Source of the DNA: Nanobdellota archaeon
Lineage (GTDB): Archaea; Nanobdellota; Nanobdellia; Pacearchaeales; GW2011-AR1
Direction of reading: 5' to 3'
Assembly (NCBI GenBank): GCA_027858295.1
Contig: JAQICZ010000014.1
Coordinates: 1,293-65,292 of the forward strand
DNA: 64,000 nucleotides
The position numbers and the translations under genes were made by a program. Positions 25,201 through 34,131 of this stretch are shown here, piece after piece. How positions within the stretch are numbered: the first letter of the stretch is position 1; each line of letters starts with the position of its first letter. The notes under the pieces were generated by a model. The model was not told the DNA's origin. It ran no database searches and worked only from the letters and a program-made list of their open reading frames with translations.

Positions 25201-28200
25201 GAATATTTTCAACTGTATCATTTAAAATATTATAATTTGCTCCAGAGATTTCTGAATCCAAGAATAAAGAACATTCTTTAATTCCATAATTATCATCTGC
25301 TATAAAACCAAAATCAATTGTATTTGAAGTTGTATTATAATGATCTATTGGAGCATCCAAAATAATTCCTGGATTTGTTAAATCAATATTAAACTCAACT
25401 AAATCACTTACATACTCGACTGAAGAAGGATCAACACAATAAAATACTGCAGTATGATTTCCTTCTGCTAAACCATAAACACTATTAACAAATGACGTCG
25501 GTGTGACTAATGTCATTGAAACATTTGCGGCAAAATCTAATGAATATTTACAACTAACGGAAGCAAGTTTTGTATTTACTTTGAAATCCACATCACTAGA
25601 ATTATAAGATTCATTTTGTGGAGTATCTAAAATCACAAACGAGTTTATCGGGACTCCCATTTCAATAACTTGCCAGAAAGCATCATTGGTTTGATCACCA
25701 GTTCCCTTATAAAATTCTAAATTAGTGTCACTAGTTAAATAATTTGTTAATGCAGAATTTGCAAAAGTTGTTCCACCACCAGTTGAATCATGTGATTCCA
25801 GACTGAAAGCTTTAGACGAATTCACAGAAGAAATTGGTTGATTGATTGCACTAGATCCAGAAATACTCCTAGTTCCATTTTGAACACCGATTTCTAAAGA
25901 CTCAACAACAAACCAAGACACAGTAGAGTCACCAGTAGTTCCAGTCCGATTAAAATCAATTTTATTTGAAAATAAAGTAGAACGAACATTGAGCTCATCA
26001 AGTCCAGTAGCACCAGAATCAAAACTATTTGAAGTGATTAAAAATGCAGTTGAAGTGTCAACGCTCTTACTCAAAGAAACAGTTCCAGAACTTCCGGAAA
26101 AAGTAGTTGCACCTACCTGAACTTTAGAACCACTCCATTCTATTGCCTGCCAAGCAATTTCACCAAAAGCCCCAACCTGACTTCTCTCGAAATTTAAATA
26201 AGAGGTATTACTAAATTTAGAATTAAAAAATCCATAAACATTTTCAGCAGTATCTGTTGAGGATAATTTGTTTGATGAAATAATAAAACTTTTACTCAAA
26301 TTAAAATTCTCTGTAAATGCAGTCACCGCAGAATCACTTGCTAAAAATGGAGAAATTCCACGACGCACAAAAATATTTGAAGATTCTATAACCTGCCAAT
26401 CAATATTAACAACTCCTGAAGTAGAATAGCGACTAAAAGTAATATTGTTTTTATTCAAAACTCCTTCAATTTGAATCTGTGCAGGAGTACTAGTTGACGA
26501 ACGAATTGAAAATAATAAAAAAGCATTTGCTAAATAATCAGTAGTTAAAGGAATGACTGTTTCACTCTCCCCGTTGGCAATTATTGTTCTTCCTTTTACT
26601 ACTTCTGGAGAAAAAGTAGTAACAATATTAAAATTACTAGAATTAATTCCTGCACGACCATTCTCTCCTAAACAAGAAAAATTAACATAATTAGCTCCAT
26701 TACGAACATAATCATCTGATGCAGAATAAAAAGTTGTATTTATTTGAGTCATCAAAACAGGCGGACCAGAATTTAAAGAATAAGTACAATTTTCAATTGT
26801 CACGTTGCTCTGTACTGCAAAAACAACTGGACTAGAATTTATTTGCCCAAAAGGAGAAACAACTTCTATTACTGGAGCAGATAATTTTTTCACCGTCACA
26901 AATCGATTATTTCTTGCATAAGACATTTCCCCTATAATATTTTCACATCGAATATTCCAATCAAAACTAACATTAGACAAATTTGTTAAAGTGAATTGTA
27001 CAGTAGCACTTTTTCCACTTACAGATTTAGTTTCACCTAATTGTAAAGAACCACTAGCACTATGAACCAAATTACATTCTTTCAAATTCGCTTTTGCTTC
27101 AACATTTGCAACAAAAGTTAAATTTGCTGGATCCAAATCATATTCTGCATAATTATTCTCTGGACTAACAAGACTTATTTGAATTGCATCTTTTCTCGTT
27201 GGCCAAGTAACAACTTCACAATTAATGTTATGAGACGGATCAGTATTTCCCGTTCTTCCTCTTTCAAATTGAATAGTAGTATTATCATAATAAAATGCAG
27301 GGTATTCTCCTCTAGACGAAGCTGTCCCTTCCCCATTAAGGAAAGAATAAGAACAAAATAAACTACTTGCATTCAAATCAATTTGCGATGGCAAAGTTGA
27401 ATTAAATATTGTATTATCTCCAATTTCTAAATCTGTTGGTGTATGATGTATAGCAGAAGAATAAACTCCTTCTTCAAATTCCACAACATAAATTTCACAT
27501 TCTTGAGGAGCAGTTCCGCCTGTACCCAGTTCTGAAGTTAAACAAGTAACTGTTGATGAATCTTTAAATTTACATTGTATATTTACATCTTCAATTCCAT
27601 ACTCTTCAGAACGACAAGAATGAATTAAAAATGAATTATTCAAGTTAACAGATTTTCCAATATCAAAATCAACCCCTGTATCCAAATGCACTTCTCCAGT
27701 ACTAATATTAGTAACTCTCGAGTTATCATTAAAACACACAACATCCGCCCGCACTTCCCGATTTCCACAAGCCCTTGTATTCGCCTGCACAGATAAAATA
27801 TTTTGAGATTCAAATTTACCCATAAAAAGTCCTTCTCCTCGACAAGAAGCATCTGAACTTGAAGACATCACATTATTTCTAACTGAAACAAAGCATTTAT
27901 CTTTGTAATTGCTTGGCATAAAAGCACAAGCAGAAGCCAAACTAATATTTAATTTATCAATTCCATTACCAACAATTCCCTCGACGTGACATGTATCAAT
28001 ATATTCCGTTTCCAAAAGACTATAAGACCCCACCATCGAATCAGTAGTCCCAATACGTTCAATAGTTAATTGATTTGAATAACCTCCAGTAATATTTGAA
28101 AAATAAAACATTCCATCTGCATTATTTGGAGCAGTGTTTGTTGATGCAGATATCTGACTATCCACAATCATAAATGCATGATTAACATAATAATTATTCT

Positions 28201-31200
28201 CTAAAGTTATATTTGTTTGAGTTCCAGAAACATATCCGAAACCAGATTCAGCTTGAACTTGCGCCCTCAAAGAAAAATCAGAAATAATAAAATCAGCAAT
28301 AGCAATATTAATTTTATTTGTTTCATCCAAAACAACATCTAATGCATAATTTACAGGATTATAAATAACAAAAAATTCCCAAATAGAATATAATGGACCA
28401 GTTGCATTAACAGCCCACTTAGAATTACAATAATCCCCTCCTTTCATACCAGATAAACAAGGCAAATTTAATGGGCTCAAAGGATTCTGCATTATTGTAT
28501 AAAATGGAACTCCAGAATTCATTGGTACTATTCCCTTGCTATTAACATCTGCCCACCTTTCAAAATTTCCAATTGAAATTAAATTTGCTTGATTTTCAAT
28601 TAATTGATATGTCTGATTAATCCAGTCTGCACTTCGTGAAATTCCAGAGATTGTTACTTCATCAATTGTCCCCACATATCCTTGTCCCCCATCAGTCATA
28701 TCTCCAATTGCTAACCCATCAATTCCATCATAATCTGCAATCCCGCCAGTATGTGCAACAGTACTAAACAAAACCCCATCCACATAATACATCGCATGAG
28801 TCCCATTATAAGTACCAGTCAATAAATACCATGTTCCATCCGCCATAGTATATGTTGCAGAACTTGTTGCCGTTGTTGTACTTGCAACATGCCACATTAA
28901 ATCAGTATCGCTTCCAGCATTTAATTCAAATCCATAAGCTCCCCACGGAGAATTATCGTTAGGACCATACCATAATGGTTTTGCATAATCTACTTGAGCC
29001 CCATTTCTTTTAAGCCAAAGTGAAACCGTTATTGCACTAGTAGGTTCCAAATCTATTGTTCGAGGTACTTCAATTACATCTGCTCCATCAAACTCTTGTG
29101 CTAGTCCAATCTTTCCAGTCGTTTCAACTGCTCCACTATTTACTGCATCATTTGCATTAATAGTTGAATCATATTTTGTTCCAGTTGTTCCATTCAAATG
29201 CCAAACTCCCAAATGATTTGAATCCCAAACTCTCGAAACATCCTCGCCAGAAACAGCCAAAGAATTATTGTAATACATACAAATTGAATTAACTCCTGCT
29301 GAAAACAAAGGCGCCCTAACCCAAACATCGGCATAAAGCGTATCATAATTTTCAATTTCAAAATCCATTTCTACTCCACCTTCAGAAGAACAACTTCCAT
29401 TAACAAACCTCAAATCCGCCAAATCTGTTTGCATTTCAGATTCTACTGGAAGTTTCAAATGAACTGGAAAATCAATTAGTGATGATACTCCACCATTAGT
29501 AATATTAATTTCTTTTCTTAAAACCCAAGAAGAATTCCACCAAATAAGTTCAGGGTCCAGCGTTGCATTGATGTCACCACATTCACCTCCGGAACAAGTT
29601 ACTCTTGATGTTATATTAAAAAAATCATTTTGTAAAACACTCGCACTCGTTGACGGAGAAACAAAATATGAACTTAATGTTCCCCAAGGAATAAACCAAT
29701 TAGAAGATCCATAATCAACATGAGAACCATTATCATAACATTCAATATTCAATGCAAAATCTCCAGAATCCTCAACTACCCAATTAAGATTATCACGAAT
29801 CCAATAATCACTCACATTTGACGTAGAATTCACATTAAAAATTGTGCTACTATCTGGAATATTTAATAATTCAAAATTTACTCCTACAACACTTCCCTTA
29901 TTACTTGTGCAATTTGCTCTAACTCTAGTAATAACCTCACCATAATTAATATCAGAACAATTTTTCCAAATACTATTCTCTTCACAGTCTATTGAATTTA
30001 TCACAGAATTTCCAAAACTTGTTGTTGTTGAAATAGTCAAATTTATCGAAGGAGTTTGAGTTGTATTAACATAAGAACTATAATTTATTGAATCATAAAT
30101 TGTAAAAAATTCCCAAGAAGAATCCAATCCACCAGTTGCATTAACAATCCAACTATTCACACAAGAATCACCATCTTTCATATCTGCCAAACAAGCAGTA
30201 TCTATGTAATTCACAGGATTTTGACTTGTAGTATAAAATGGAACACCTGTATTCATTGGGATTATTCCTTTGAAATTTTCACTAGCTTCTCCATATAATA
30301 CCAAATTATTTTGATTTTGAATTAATTGATATGATTCATTAATCCAGTCTGCGCTTCGAGGCGTATCTGAAAATCTCAATTCATCAACTTGCCCATCCAA
30401 ATGAGTTTCTTCTACAGCAGTTGATCTATAACCAAATCCTGACCGCAAAGGTTCTCCCGAAATAACATTCAATGCCTGTCCAGAACAAGTTGTACTTGTA
30501 GCAACACTTTGACCATCAATATATGCCGTAGCTGTAGTCCCATCAAAAGTCAAAGCATAATGATACCACTCACCCAAATTCACAGCACCACCTGCAAAAT
30601 ATCCTTCTGTTCCACCACAAGTTACCCCAAAAGTTGGAGCTCCAGCACTTACAGCAATTCTAAAAAGATAGTTTGCCCCCCAACCCAATTGTGACCCTTT
30701 CCATAAAATCGGATTATGGTCTGGCGTCGTCCATGTGTCAGCCTTTGCCCAACCCTCTGCTGTAAAAACTTGTTTTTGTAAATCAGTAGAATCAGGTACT
30801 TCAATTCTTTGTTGATTATTTCCTCCAAGGTCATAACCAGAAGCAACTTTCGCAGATGCTAAATAAGTAGGAGTAGTTCCTAGTGGTGCTCCATTATTAC
30901 CATTTCCCGTTGAATCTAATAAAAAATCTCCAGTCCCGCTAGCTTCTTCTAAATGCTGAACTGTCATATAATTGGAGTTCCAAACTCCAGCTGCATTCCC
31001 CCGATTAACTGCATTCGAGTTATCATAATACATACAAATTGAATTTATACCAGAATAAAAATTTGGTACTCTTAACCAAACATTTGCAAAAGTAGAATTA
31101 TAACTTTCAATCTCAAAATCCACCTCAGAACCACCACCCGTTTGACACGCGCCATCCACAAATCTTAAATCATCCAAATTTGAACCCATTTGTGATTCAA

Positions 31201-33805
31201 TTGGAAGTTCTAAATAAATGGGAAAATTCGTTAATATTGACGCCCCCACATTTGTAACATTAATTTCTTTTCTAAAACCCCAAGAAGAATTCCACCAATT
31301 CTCCAATGGATCAAGTGTCGCATTTACATAACCACACTCCCCCCCCATACAAATAACATTTGACGTGAAAGTAAATAAATTATTTTGAGCAACTGTTTCA
31401 TTTTGGTTGGGTACAACCAATTCTGATGTCAAAACTCCCCAATCAACAAACCAAGTTGATTCACCAGGACTAGGCAAGGGAACATCATCAAAACAAGTAA
31501 TATTCAAAACAAAATCTCCTGAATCATCAATTAAAACATCTGAATTATCATACGTCCAAAAATCTCCTGCATTTGAAGTTGAATTAGAATTAAAAAAGAC
31601 ATTAGAATCAGGGGTATTTAATAATTCAAAATTTGCTTCGCTAATTGCCCCCCCAATACTTGTACAATTTACCCTAACTTGAGTTATAGTTTCTCCAAAA
31701 TCTATTTCATTACAATTTTTCCACGAACCAGACTCTTCACATTGAATTTCATTTACTTGTGCAGAACTACTTTGTTCATCTACCCTAAATACCACATCAT
31801 CGGTATCACTCCACGTTTGAACATCTCCACATGTATTTGTGACATCCCCATTATATTGAATAATTCCTCTAACTACATGATCTCCAGAAGAACCAGTCAA
31901 AACAAAATCAGAACTAAATAAATAGAAACCCCCATTTACAGGACAAGTGCCAACCGAATCAATAATCGTCCAAGAAATACTAGACGCATCATTAGCATAG
32001 ATTAAATTTAAATTATCATTCGCATTATTATAACAATATGCCCAAACATCTACCCTCACAGTGTCCCCATCCTCTATAGAACTACCATTCAAGCTAGTTA
32101 TAGTAATGTTTTCTATATTCTCATCCGTTAGATATGTCCCATCAGAAGTACCATCAATACAGGAATCTACTGTATTTGGATTGTTTGGCTCAGAAGTCCC
32201 CCCCATGCCCTCTTCTGCAATCAGCAAAGTTGTTGGTGCAACACAAGGAGAATCTGAAATAGAACAATACGGCGCCCCAAACCCAGGATTATATGCTGCA
32301 GTAGGATCTACAACATAATCAAAATAAACACTCCCTTCTTTAACCAACAAATCAAATGTATTTTGATCTCCAACCAACTCTTTCAAAAATATTTGGTATT
32401 TTTTATCCTCTTTAATTATTCCAAAGTCTGCAATTAAAACATCTGAATCTTTTTCATAAACTTCTACGCTTGCACCTTCGTCTGATTTCGCATAAATTGT
32501 TATATCTTTTGAGCTATCCAAAAGTTTTTCAAAAACAACACGTATGTATTCTCCTGCAGGAATTGCTACAAAAATATTATCTCTTTCCCTCACCTCTTCA
32601 TAAATATTTTTAATAAAATTTCTTTCACTGTCTAAATGTTCAGCTGCATTAATTATAATTATTTCAAACGTCTGCGTAGACAAATGGGGAACGACAAAAT
32701 AAATCTCATCAATAAAACCATTTCCATCAGTATCATTAACTTCAAAATCTAAACTTTGATTTTCTTCAACCCAATTAAGCTTAATCTCTTTCTTATCTTT
32801 AGCATATTCATTAATTTTCGTAGAAGTATAAACGTTTTTGTAACCCAAATAATCAGGAGCACTAACAACCACTTCTTTTGCTTTCTCACCTAATTCTTTC
32901 TCACTTATTTCTGGAGCAGGAGTTTCATATTCGATTCTGACTTTTCCTAAAGACTCATTTAAAACGACTTCTCTCTTAGCTACCTCCTTAGAAAAAACAG
33001 AAACAACCTTGTTGTAAATATTCACATCAGCCCCAGCCCCAACCAAGCTCCCATTTTGAACAAAACTCACATTACTAGCAGCATATGGAATTAAAACATT
33101 CCCCGAACTGGTATTTACCCACTCACTCCAACGCACATTCTCCCCAACCCTAATTACACCAATAACAACCAAAGCCCCCTCCTCTCCAATCTCATCAATT
33201 TCTTTCAATGATTGGACATTCAACTGTGACACTATAGAATTACTCGTATTCTCATTCTTTTTAGTCACACCTCTAGTTGTAATATTTGTATTTTCCTCCA
33301 ATAACCCATTAACCTCCTCGTCCTCACTAATATTTTCCACAGGATCTATTGGATAAGTTAGTGTGACATCCTGCTCTAAACTCTTAACCCTTGCTGTTTC
33401 TACCTCCTCTTCTGTTTCAAAAACTTCAAAATAATTAATTTCCTTACGTCCCTCAGACTGAATCGTGAATTTATACTCTCCAATCTCAATCAACTCAAAC
33501 AAAAAAGTATCTTCAGTCCCCTCTTTCAAAAACACATTAGAGGGGGTATCAATCCTAAGTTCATAATCGACATAATCCGACAAATCAACTCTCAAATTTT
33601 CCCCAACAACATAGCCCTCTTTCTGAATAAAATTAGCCCCAGCAAAAGACAAAGTTAAAATTAACAATAAAGCTAACAGAAAACCGCTAACAGAAAACCG
33701 CTGCCTACCTAACTCTTTGCCCCTCAAGCTTCTAGCCTCCAGCTTACAGCTTACAGCTACCTGCCCCATTCCTTCTTTCTTATCCCCCATATTATTATCT
33801 CTCAA
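19256..33805 (-). CDS. Giant surface protein, 4849 aa. An alternative start is Met13 at 33769.
   Basis: Single uninterrupted ORF. It has an N-terminal signal anchor FLLALLLILTLSFAGA and a head of about 450 aa paralogous to that of the 6119-aa protein. Also present are two DUF2341+LamG modules, further LamG-like domains, Ig-like repeats, a CARDB-like domain and a C-terminal family A domain. Confidence 0.9.
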   Translation of the reverse strand: MRDNNMGDKKEGMGQVAVSCKLEARSLRGKELGRQRFSVSGFLLALLLILTLSFAGANFIQKEGYVVGENLRVDLSDYVDYELRIDTPSNVFLKEGTEDTFLFELIEIGEYKFTIQSEGRKEINYFEVFETEEEVETARVKSLEQDVTLTYPIDPVENISEDEEVNGLLEENTNITTRGVTKKNENTSNSIVSQLNVQSLKEIDEIGEEGALVVIGVIRVGENVRWSEWVNTSSGNVLIPYAASNVSFVQNGSLVGAGADVNIYNKVVSVFSKEVAKREVVLNESLGKVRIEYETPAPEISEKELGEKAKEVVVSAPDYLGYKNVYTSTKINEYAKDKKEIKLNWVEENQSLDFEVNDTDGNGFIDEIYFVVPHLSTQTFEIIIINAAEHLDSERNFIKNIYEEVRERDNIFVAIPAGEYIRVVFEKLLDSSKDITIYAKSDEGASVEVYEKDSDVLIADFGIIKEDKKYQIFLKELVGDQNTFDLLVKEGSVYFDYVVDPTAAYNPGFGAPYCSISDSPCVAPTTLLIAEEGMGGTSEPNNPNTVDSCIDGTSDGTYLTDENIENITITSLNGSSIEDGDTVRVDVWAYCYNNANDNLNLIYANDASSISWTIIDSVGTCPVNGGFYLFSSDFVLTGSSGDHVVRGIIQYNGDVTNTCGDVQTWSDTDDVVFRVDEQSSSAQVNEIQCEESGSWKNCNEIDFGETITQVRVNCTSIGGAISEANFELLNTPDSNVFFNSNSTSNAGDFWTYDNSDVLIDDSGDFVLNITCFDDVPLPSPGESTWFVDWGVLTSELVVPNQNETVAQNNLFTFTSNVICMGGECGYVNATLDPLENWWNSSWGFRKEINVTNVGASILTNFPIYLELPIESQMGSNLDDLRFVDGACQTGGGSEVDFEIESYNSTFANVWLRVPNFYSGINSICMYYDNSNAVNRGNAAGVWNSNYMTVQHLEEASGTGDFLLDSTGNGNNGAPLGTTPTYLASAKVASGYDLGGNNQQRIEVPDSTDLQKQVFTAEGWAKADTWTTPDHNPILWKGSQLGWGANYLFRIAVSAGAPTFGVTCGGTEGYFAGGAVNLGEWYHYALTFDGTTATAYIDGQSVATSTTCSGQALNVISGEPLRSGFGYRSTAVEETHLDGQVDELRFSDTPRSADWINESYQLIQNQNNLVLYGEASENFKGIIPMNTGVPFYTTSQNPVNYIDTACLADMKDGDSCVNSWIVNATGGLDSSWEFFTIYDSINYSSYVNTTQTPSINLTISTTTSFGNSVINSIDCEENSIWKNCSDINYGEVITRVRANCTSNKGSVVGVNFELLNIPDSSTIFNVNSTSNVSDYWIRDNLNWVVEDSGDFALNIECYDNGSHVDYGSSNWFIPWGTLSSYFVSPSTSASVLQNDFFNITSRVTCSGGECGDINATLDPELIWWNSSWVLRKEINITNGGVSSLIDFPVHLKLPVESEMQTDLADLRFVNGSCSSEGGVEMDFEIENYDTLYADVWVRAPLFSAGVNSICMYYNNSLAVSGEDVSRVWDSNHLGVWHLNGTTGTKYDSTINANDAVNSGAVETTGKIGLAQEFDGADVIEVPRTIDLEPTSAITVSLWLKRNGAQVDYAKPLWYGPNDNSPWGAYGFELNAGSDTDLMWHVASTTTATSSATYTMADGTWYLLTGTYNGTHAMYYVDGVLFSTVAHTGGIADYDGIDGLAIGDMTDGGQGYVGTIDEVTISGISRSADWINQTYQLIENQANLISIGNFERWADVNSKGIVPMNSGVPFYTIMQNPLSPLNLPCLSGMKGGDYCNSKWAVNATGPLYSIWEFFVIYNPVNYALDVVLDETNKINIAIADFIISDFSLRAQVQAESGFGYVSGTQTNITLENNYYVNHAFMIVDSQISASTNTAPNNADGMFYFSNITGGYSNQLTIERIGTTDSMVGSYSLLETEYIDTCHVEGIVGNGIDKLNISLASACAFMPSNYKDKCFVSVRNNVMSSSSDASCRGEGLFMGKFESQNILSVQANTRACGNREVRADVVCFNDNSRVTNISTGEVHLDTGVDFDIGKSVNLNNSFLIHSCRSEEYGIEDVNIQCKFKDSSTVTCLTSELGTGGTAPQECEIYVVEFEEGVYSSAIHHTPTDLEIGDNTIFNSTLPSQIDLNASSLFCSYSFLNGEGTASSRGEYPAFYYDNTTIQFERGRTGNTDPSHNINCEVVTWPTRKDAIQISLVSPENNYAEYDLDPANLTFVANVEAKANLKECNLVHSASGSLQLGETKSVSGKSATVQFTLTNLSNVSFDWNIRCENIIGEMSYARNNRFVTVKKLSAPVIEVVSPFGQINSSPVVFAVQSNVTIENCTYSLNSGPPVLMTQINTTFYSASDDYVRNGANYVNFSCLGENGRAGINSSNFNIVTTFSPEVVKGRTIIANGESETVIPLTTDYLANAFLLFSIRSSTSTPAQIQIEGVLNKNNITFSRYSTSGVVNIDWQVIESSNIFVRRGISPFLASDSAVTAFTENFNLSKSFIISSNKLSSTDTAENVYGFFNSKFSNTSYLNFERSQVGAFGEIAWQAIEWSGSKVQVGATTFSGSSGTVSLSKSVDTSTAFLITSNSFDSGATGLDELNVRSTLFSNKIDFNRTGTTGDSTVSWFVVESLEIGVQNGTRSISGSSAINQPISSVNSSKAFSLESHDSTGGGTTFANSALTNYLTSDTNLEFYKGTGDQTNDAFWQVIEMGVPINSFVILDTPQNESYNSSDVDFKVNTKLASVSCKYSLDFAANVSMTLVTPTSFVNSVYGLAEGNHTAVFYCVDPSSVEYVSDLVEFNIDLTNPGIILDAPIDHYNTTSNTIDFGFIADDNYGIKECSLFLDSEISGANYNILNDTVENIQTFVSNGIHDWFVSCLDYSNREVISSSRQINVTGEYSIDWNNRLYESSTSNFVGNVAQINLKNKRDLIENYLSINLSGSSVTDFVIPMTTYLGNNGMRIPTGATVSFSSYTEVDTVNAVYLTWKLYFENSSGDNLICQSGNDYTGGLRVSATSGVWTSNCIVPNEFILKNSDKIKLVISGYNDNVGNVTLIHRWDGLKASFVEFSDFSLIGQLYTDFLYPVNDKVMTEAEEDNFTCQVNCSIGECVNVDLTLQYLNDSVWVNVHNNNEHLIFGDGYEWRDLGTINYGSVSEDIPVMAISPGNAILRCYARYDYGNAFGFLMPTVDVIKVPRASYINPTPVNGIEVPQDFIPINISVNETDLNTVILDFNGVNQTLFNSLIMLGYNLDREEFRGENDTHVSSFVGGIDGTIYGANYTTGYEGLALSFDGVNDYIQTDVSLTPVLGSTSSLSFWVKTTQVGDDTMWMAPGVTGIEEAGGGNDIFIGWLDATGHIGYTVANSAAVKSTVPINDGTWKHIVISRYANNGSSKIYINGELNQQAISYIGNVTNNFYSFGRIEDTGGTPEYFNGSFDKFVVYDRVISDEEAKELYTGQRTFFVNETSLINDDYMFTTYAENYYGGVRQITRTVSTKFGDVVAPQLVITGIENEGAYTTGNFNIDVYLDEYGNSCSYVLDSASSVSMNRVNDTHFDMTLNSVSEGNHIIAFSCRDSSNNENLTIYNFAIDTINPSLVFGSLTPADSSDHLPDGLIIDVDLTEANLEEVVLDFNGTNNFIYDGSLIGLIGLDNLATFSENSNNIYDYVSGALGDNNGASWISGEGHDGLGAYRFFRGDSDYIEIGAPYNFVSKNITILSWVKTSSIVNEESILSIDDSAGNTLLSIGHAAGSNFLSVADSYGRTISNSVLVDGDWHQIGFAFYEGKNISIIYDGEVVRTFSTTVTLPSDLKFNLGMGYNGITPSYFFDGYIDEVKIYDKILNSSELIIKNRTNFYKKDLDKYYFNIEFNNLTYGDYDYSVLARDSSDLIGTTGDRSITIRDMDTVGPVITLNLPIDSFTSSSSSVNFNFTVIDNTDDSMDCTLYVGDVSYSGITAPNNTLINYLVNSLGDGPKYWNVSCIDMDNNVEFSEQQVITIAESPTINLNDANNSYLTNSLEYTPNDNSNITSCSLIIGGVVFDTISSIVTDSQNIFDITSLSQGYFDYAVNCTDVYLLESISEDRFFYKDLTAPNLTLAYPLNNSEVYSGEVNFTFWFDDLYSSEAYCNLTIDDVIVNESILASEGVNVSFVHSLNSNNHTWGASCVDLGENYVSSLEYEFENFAAPQVAIDSPENNVWTNDTDVTFSYTVGDNSGLANCSLYVDSVFVSVDTNIENWVSNSFTETLTENNHNWSIECYNNLNLVGYSETSFLSIDSHVPNIITHHPTGGETFDWNNLKFNFTYIDNLDSVGNCEILINGFNESGVLASNNTVSESFVDVHDGDYSWSIRCGDEAGNSFETLEKSFTMTAPPVIDIVSPTNNTFDTNSSVNFTYIPKDGSGLTQCEMFFDGSSLGADVVIENNVENMFEVNGISEGNHYWNISCSDVDSNVAWVENSIFTRDVTPPFASLVAPVADAKVDANIDPLQFQWRPTDNLATAIQCDLLVDDIKVRNNIWAGNDSIGQSNVNGISVGNHNWSVECVDLTGNVNTSEIYNFSYGYPDFFVSAVTLNDSTPVEGKSILINATVSNIGIADASGVLVEFYSGYPATGFKIGERIIDLNVSDVLYVNYSYDTVIGLNELWVVVDGADSFTEGDENNNLGNENVSVGAWQFFYGNIESASELELADLENNSVINWFASASVFMSDKDSSVSWDSVLAFGYNNVSAYSVDDFLEVDSLLSMVDFPDSISALYLTAFVPNEVDSFSVFGRTLPAVPVTQSTSNNNFKTGILWDSSDDTNGEFDIAEAEDLIFVSKINKGAVGNYGTYDYELRVPAKLREYSGAGSEAVFYVELQ
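19259..19816 (-). other. Family A domain forming the C-terminus of the giant protein.
   Basis: GAWQFFYGNI, FKTGILWDSS and AVGNYGTYDYELRVP, ending in AVFYVELQ-COOH. These align with family A's W.(G/A)(Y/F)(F/V)GNV, FEEVALWDGG and ATGYDGTAYDFQMIVP, ending in YYLYVELD-COOH. Confidence 0.75.
19817..20131 (-). other. CARDB-like domain (approximate bounds).
   Basis: VEGKSILINATVSNIGIADASGVLVEFY...NELWVVVD...EGDENNN is the typical CARDB pattern. Confidence 0.6.
28590..29550 (-). other. DUF2341 plus LamG/ConA-like module number 2 of the 4849-aa protein (approximate bounds).
   Basis: WWNSSWVLRKEINITNGG..FPVHLKL..DLRFVNG..MDFEIENYD..VWVRAP..ICMYYNN..VWDSNHLGVWHL, then LamG-like sequence ending in SRSADWINQTYQLIENQ. 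Confidence 0.7.
30310..31300 (-). other. DUF2341 plus LamG/ConA-like module number 1 of the 4849-aa protein (approximate bounds).
   Basis: WWNSSWGFRKEINVTNVG..FPIYLEL..DLRFVDG..VDFEIESYN..VWLRVP..ICMYYDN..VWNSNYMTVQHL, ending in PRSADWINESYQLIQNQ. Confidence 0.7.
33672..33769 (-). repeat. Fourteen in-phase heptamer units inside the 5' coding end of the giant gene. They include two perfect 14-mers and two perfect 7-mers.
   Basis: gctaacagaaaacc occurs twice (33672..33699) and gcttaca twice (33742..33755). All units from 33672 to 33769 keep one 7-nt phase. The stretch encodes MGQVAVSCKLEARSLRGKELGRQRFSVSGF. Confidence 0.85.
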
Positions 33806-33822
33806 TTTTCCCTTTTAACGAT

Positions 33823-34026
33823 TTATTTAATAAATGACCACAAGTTCATTCGCCCGACTCTAAACCCATTCACCTTTCCAGCAATCTGAAGCATCAAACA
33901 ACGAGTCTGCACAGAATGCCACGGCTTATTTAATTTAATAGAAATATCTTGAGTAGAAACAAGCTGCTCGCTAGAACTTAATAATTTTACAATTTTCCCC
34001 TGTAATTCATCCCCTTTAACAGTCAC
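33823..34026 (-). CDS. Small winged-helix DNA-binding protein (67 aa, GTG start) directly upstream of the giant gene.
   Basis: KIVKLLSSSEQLVSTQDISIKLNKPWHSVQTRCLMLQIAGKVNGFRVGR has a wHTH-like pattern. An AGGGGAAG SD lies 8 nt upstream. Confidence 0.55.
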   Translation of the reverse strand: MTVKGDELQGKIVKLLSSSEQLVSTQDISIKLNKPWHSVQTRCLMLQIAGKVNGFRVGRMNLWSFIK

Positions 34027-34034
34027 TTGATTCT

Positions 34035-34131
34035 TCCCCTAAATTTTTTCATTTAAATCGTTTTCCAATCGATTTAAACTTGCATGAAAAAGTTTTCTCA
34101 TACGGCAAAGCGAATGAGATCCCCAAATCAT
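34035..34131 (-). repeat. Copy of the recurrent upstream module ahead of the wHTH gene.
   Basis: cccctaaatttttt...aatcgatttaaact..tgaaaaagttttctcatacggcaaagcgaatga. The box order matches that at 6090..6190. Confidence 0.8.
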
